A stretch of 64,000 bases of DNA, from IMG/VR virus record IMGVR_UViG_3300008107_000157, positions 1 to 64,000 of that record; one strand, written 5' to 3'. The position numbers were made by a program, and so were the translations under genes. The notes under the pieces are model-generated. The model had not been told where the DNA came from. It did not search any database and was given only the letters and a program-made list of their open reading frames with translations. The stretch is from a virus. Of this stretch, positions 60,701 to 64,000 are shown in pieces; positions within the stretch are counted from its first letter, which is position 1, and each line of letters starts with the position of its first letter.

Positions 60701-63092
60701 TCCATTCATAATTATCCGAACCACTTATATAATATTCTACATTTAATTCATCAGTATTTATTAATGATGATGTTAAGTATGTAGAAACTAATTGAGCTGA
60801 TGTTGTTGAACCACTTAATATTAAATTATCCAAAGATTCGTATGCGGTAGATTGACCACTTACAAAATCAACATCAATATTGAAATTAGGTCCTTTTATT
60901 GGTGGACATTTAACTTCATCTTGCTCCGTAAGAATTACAGTTTCAATTAATGGATTTGACATTAATTTAGTAATCCACAAAGTAGAGTTTGCGGTTATAT
61001 TTGGATTTAAAGGTGTGTATAATTTAAGAATTAAAGAATCAACTTTATTTGTTACCTTTATGTTTCCTATTTCATCCGTTTCTTTATCCGATAAAGTCCA
61101 ATCATCATTTTCCCAAGACGAAATTAATATTTGCTCATCATTACCAAAATTTGTTAAGTGAGATAAATATTTACTTTCTTTTTCAGGTTCAACTATACTT
61201 AATTTTTCTGCAAATGCATCAAATATAACAGTTGAAAATATATTCTCATCTAATTGAAATGCCGGCAATCCTAAAGTAGTTATTACTTCGTATTCATTAC
61301 CAATAAGCTCTTCGGCGCCACCTCTATTAAATGGTTTAAATACCAAAGTTACATTATCACTACCTGCCCAATTTGTAAATCTTTCTCTTAAAGATTTTAT
61401 GTTTATTAAAACTTCTCCGTTTGGATTTAAGTTTTTAAATAAACCTATTCTACTTTTATCTTTTAATAATAAATCTACATCCACCGTTGTTGTTGAGAAC
61501 GATGTGTATTCTATTTTATATTCAATGTTAAAATCTGAAAAAGATGGTACATCTATATTTTGCGGAAAGTTTATTTCGGTAATAGATGGAAAATCATTTA
61601 CAGCAGTAAAAGTAATTAAAGTAGTAGCAGAATCTCCTGTTCCGTATCTATTACTTTTAGCTAATAAAACTATTTTTTTAGTTCCATAAACTTCAGCAAA
61701 ATCATTTTTAAATGATAAAGTTATATATTGATTAGATGGTGGTATTGATATTACTTGAGAACTCCCATCGATATAAAGTAATACCTCATCTGCATTTATC
61801 GTTCTAAATGGAATTGAAATATTTTTATCATCATCCGATTCTTTTACCTGAACAGATATTTGTTTATATACATCATCAATTTCAACAGATGGTCTTTCTA
61901 CTTCTATTTCTTTTTCGAATAGAGTTACGACAGATATGCCTGTTTTTAAAAGCTCACTAGATACACTAAACGCAGATGGTTGCTTATTCCATTTGTTATA
62001 ATCGGGTTCGGTTGTAGCAAACAATCCATTTGGTGTGGCTGTTTGATATATGTTTGTTAAAAAATAATTAGATGGCAGATTGTTGTATCTTATTTTAAAA
62101 TCTACTCTACCTCCATTTAATTCTTTTAAATCAATTTTCTGTATATCATTACCATCTGATAATGATATCGAACTTTGTTTTAATATATTTTCCTGTGCTG
62201 AAAATATTATATAATCCAATATTACATTATTTCCTAATTCGTTTTTTAAATTAGAAGAAAATACAATTTCATATTCCAGCTTATCAGCTACATTTGGGTC
62301 TCCACCTAATCCACCGCCAAATCCACCTCCAGTATCGCCGCTTAAACCACCACCGCTTTTAGTTTTTGCCTTAGTTGTAAAGTTTAATGTTATAGAACCA
62401 AAATCAGAATCTAAATTTTTAGTATTATCTAGTAAATAACTACCATCCGGTTGTAATCTATATTCGTTTATTGTTAAAACTTCAGCATATTTGTAATCAA
62501 TAGCTGTTGTTTTAGGGTTAAAATTATATCTTAATTTTGGGGTATATCTAGTTAAAAAGTTATTTCTATCATCATTATAGTAATCATCATTAAATCCAAA
62601 AATACCCCTTCTGTTTGAATTAAATCCATATGAATTTCTTCCAAATCTTATATATTCTGGGTTTAGATAATCTATATCCAAATCCAATGGTGTATTTATT
62701 TCTTTTGGTGGTTGATATTTTTTTGTAACGCTAACTTCATAGTATTGTTCTGCGATACTACCATCTTTAACGATTTCATATTTTTTTGTGCCGGAAAATG
62801 TAGAAGCTGGAAAGAATCCTTTTCTAAAACTCTGACCAAATGATAATGAAACTCCGTTTTCAAAAAATTCAACTACATCATCCCCAGCCGTTAATGATAT
62901 TTTAATCATTTTACTGGTAGTAGTATCCACTATATCAATCGGAACATATGTTGGGTTTGGTGGTACAGGTGGTACATATCCTCCTCCTCCGCCTCCTCCA
63001 CCATTATCAATGAAAGCAGAGTATTGACCGTTACCATCATATGCGTTTAGGGTAGGTTCTCCTCCAAAAATATTTTCTAATGCTTTTACCAC
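57747..63092 (-). CDS. Large baseplate wedge-like structural protein
   Basis: 1781 aa; LPYLLKHKGTRRGI (P2 gpI-like motif), LamG-like region (TIEFFVK..DEFRLWSTPL), many SGS motifs; ATATTTAT at 63108-63115. Confidence 0.65.
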   Translation of the reverse strand: MVKALENIFGGEPTLNAYDGNGQYSAFIDNGGGGGGGGYVPPVPPNPTYVPIDIVDTTTSKMIKISLTAGDDVVEFFENGVSLSFGQSFRKGFFPASTFSGTKKYEIVKDGSIAEQYYEVSVTKKYQPPKEINTPLDLDIDYLNPEYIRFGRNSYGFNSNRRGIFGFNDDYYNDDRNNFLTRYTPKLRYNFNPKTTAIDYKYAEVLTINEYRLQPDGSYLLDNTKNLDSDFGSITLNFTTKAKTKSGGGLSGDTGGGFGGGLGGDPNVADKLEYEIVFSSNLKNELGNNVILDYIIFSAQENILKQSSISLSDGNDIQKIDLKELNGGRVDFKIRYNNLPSNYFLTNIYQTATPNGLFATTEPDYNKWNKQPSAFSVSSELLKTGISVVTLFEKEIEVERPSVEIDDVYKQISVQVKESDDDKNISIPFRTINADEVLLYIDGSSQVISIPPSNQYITLSFKNDFAEVYGTKKIVLLAKSNRYGTGDSATTLITFTAVNDFPSITEINFPQNIDVPSFSDFNIEYKIEYTSFSTTTVDVDLLLKDKSRIGLFKNLNPNGEVLINIKSLRERFTNWAGSDNVTLVFKPFNRGGAEELIGNEYEVITTLGLPAFQLDENIFSTVIFDAFAEKLSIVEPEKESKYLSHLTNFGNDEQILISSWENDDWTLSDKETDEIGNIKVTNKVDSLILKLYTPLNPNITANSTLWITKLMSNPLIETVILTEQDEVKCPPIKGPNFNIDVDFVSGQSTAYESLDNLILSGSTTSAQLVSTYLTSSLINTDELNVEYYISGSDNYEWSNFVHFSSAKERVDNFVYKVQLIEAYDNLILSASTNYTNGPSGSYTGSIASIQEVNRQQSKKDTLIAGFDGFEKFLYTSSSLYTNNTGSSITWPYDNNGDRISSTSHIITNIFNTGWYDNIIELAEDFDIENPNYVLNNIPEYIVNNENNDQFILFFTMVGQHFDNIYYHTKAIEKSRGLGYKAKDGISDKLLFDILKSFNWDAKNLAADSKLWEYTFGIDVDGNIKNENPAKQRTYEVWRRIVNNLPYLLKHKGTRRGIYALLSCYGIPSSNLSILEFGGPEVSEVTKSKLVFDNLTYGLKMISGSYLSIDWFDTNENRKPDTIEFFVKPSEADNYNVISGSGWGVHISGSANQNYGRVIFNYSGSNAISSSLLPLFNGRFFGIEVSREISSSYHNFELNVRQADKDRTIFEESNTISVLGTNSNWNNGSNITFGNDFVGTADEFRLWSTPLDKERFYEHVSFPEMINGNHISSSTDDLHFRLDFEYPKNLSQYQSIPNVDTNIYFSGSADRVSYESGSATELYSLNPSASYSASAHNFPNSGSYPFNFEAIDRSVVLEVPDMGSTRYSTNKVRFEEQTLVSDLSSKTRSTKKAFDQSPTDSNRIGLFFSPTKELNIDIAKSFGGINLDNYIGDPSDRYKDTYKSLDKLRHYYFQRFDGRDIYAYINLIKLYEKSMFEDIKKMLPARVKASTGLLIEPHILERSKHQHSKPVGEHNDYESVIKYGNELLSAEHIQYDVVLDTESEYSLVGENNQYDATLDSASAAILNGESYQYTSTIDAKEFSLLEGNSYQYTASIDSIFDVPTILTEVELINGNVVVGQNDYETLGFGIYAQSGSAIRTYYDKDGNLKKERVRVQLIKETKTREYVYLTGSVGVSGLYNKVGTDTYVETKLNIQPFSGSSALTSSNANVKVIPLNGYLPTHYRNTTDLTRGLQNSFYKGSKNTAATTLDGTPPVETFLTNPNTLRVNKAGRDASEPILEVE

Positions 63093-63116
63093 TCTTTATT
63101 GTTTATTATAAATATC

Positions 63117-64000
63117 CTATTGTATATTTTCTCTTTGACTCATATCTCTTTCAAAAACTTGCTCTCTACCGTACCCACCCCCTCTTTCGAAGTAATCGTA
63201 GCTACCACCGCCGCCGCCTCCGCCGCTGCCACCTCCCGTGTATGGTGGCACATCTGCTATTGGAGTTTTAATCGGGTCCTCTTTTATTGGTTCTTCCTTA
63301 ATAGGTTCAATCTTAATAATTGGGTCTGGCGGAAGTATAATTTTAATCGGCTCTTCTTTTATTGGTTCTATTTTAATAGGTTCTTCCTCAACCGGTGGGT
63401 TTGGTGGTAAATCAAATATTGGAAGAATTTCTTTTGGTGGTGGAACTATATCAATTGGGTCTGTTTTTATAGTGTATATTTTACTTCCCTTTACATTTAA
63501 TTCAACTTTCTCTGGGTTATAAACATTCCTTACTCTATTTTCTTCAACTTTTATTTCACCAACCAAATCCTTAACTTCTTTTTTAAGTTCGGTAATTTCG
63601 AATTCTTTTGGAAGAGTTTTAATAGCTATATTTCTTCTTTTTAAAGTTTTAGTATGATAATCTATACAATTTCTTAATATAGAATACATCTCACTTAATA
63701 ATCTACTAAAATCATATTGTTCACAATCTTCAAATCTAATTGCCGATGGTTTTCCAAAATTAGATTCGGCAACATTGTAGTTTTTATTTGTTGTCCAATA
63801 TGTTACACTATCTTTAAAATCTCTGAATATTCTTTTTTTAAATCCATCAAAATCAGATAATCCAAAGTCTGTTCTAAGAACTGATAAAAAATCTTTACCA
63901 AATCTGGCAACCATAGCATCGGTAATTGAATCCAAATATGTAACTTCAAATGAATCCAATGCATCTAATATATTTTTTCTATAATATTTAAAATCTTTAT
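63117..64000 (-). CDS. Hypothetical structural protein, 5' end outside the window
   Basis: Frame is open to the window edge; Pro/Ile/Lys/Glu repeats and a poly-Gly tail. Confidence 0.65.
   Translation of the reverse strand, partial: KDFKYYRKNILDALDSFEVTYLDSITDAMVARFGKDFLSVLRTDFGLSDFDGFKKRIFRDFKDSVTYWTTNKNYNVAESNFGKPSAIRFEDCEQYDFSRLLSEMYSILRNCIDYHTKTLKRRNIAIKTLPKEFEITELKKEVKDLVGEIKVEENRVRNVYNPEKVELNVKGSKIYTIKTDPIDIVPPPKEILPIFDLPPNPPVEEEPIKIEPIKEEPIKIILPPDPIIKIEPIKEEPIKEDPIKTPIADVPPYTGGGSGGGGGGGSYDYFERGGGYGREQVFERDMSQRENIQ
63270..63395 (-). repeat. EPIK pentapeptide-like tandem repeats
   Basis: EEPIK IEPIK EEPIK ... IEPIK EEPIK EDPIK. Confidence 0.75.

Noticed and set aside
2475-63522. Plus-strand ORFs from the six-frame track (e.g. 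12570-13271, 43624-44082, 50775-51170)
   Set aside because: They are antisense shadows of well-supported minus-strand genes, with no recognisable motifs
1-64000. Stop-codon reassignment (TAG or TGA read as sense)
   Set aside because: Long genes are intact in code 11 with high coding density; TAG ends several normal genes (741, 9327, 22719, 63117) without useful extensions
1-64000. CRISPR array, tRNA, rRNA, integrase or transposase
   Set aside because: No spaced direct repeats, cloverleafs or recombinase motifs seen by eye; intergenic space is minimal

Overview
AT-rich 64 kb segment of a large T4-like tailed phage, with almost all genes on the minus strand and standard genetic code. The phage probably infects Bacteroidota: it encodes ribosomal protein bS21, has TTTG-N20-TAnnTTTG promoters, and the start sites I inspected have A/T-rich leaders without obvious Shine-Dalgarno sequences. 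In transcription order (right to left): baseplate/tail structural genes (54.3-64 kb); endonuclease I, an interrupted primase, a GAMT/Rmt2-like methyltransferase and a fused SbcD-SbcC nuclease (49.3-54.3 kb); a small divergent ribbon-helix-helix regulator; a split tail-fibre gene with an S74 chaperone (42.5-49 kb); a ~28 kb, ~30-gene glycan synthesis and modification island (14.3-42.5 kb); a 1354-aa multi-enzyme putative polyprotein; then terminase, portal, head-associated proteins, prohead protease, a ferritin-like protein and bS21. The most promising candidate systems are (i) phage-encoded virion glycosylation, pairing the island with a [S/T]-[G/A/S]-S motif that recurs in tail and baseplate proteins, (ii) a protease-processed packaged polyprotein, (iii) a -1 frameshift in the head module, and (iv) an RHH/operator plus ATATTTAT promoter circuit. 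Three deletion-like lesions may be assembly artefacts. All family calls come from motif recognition by eye, without database searches.
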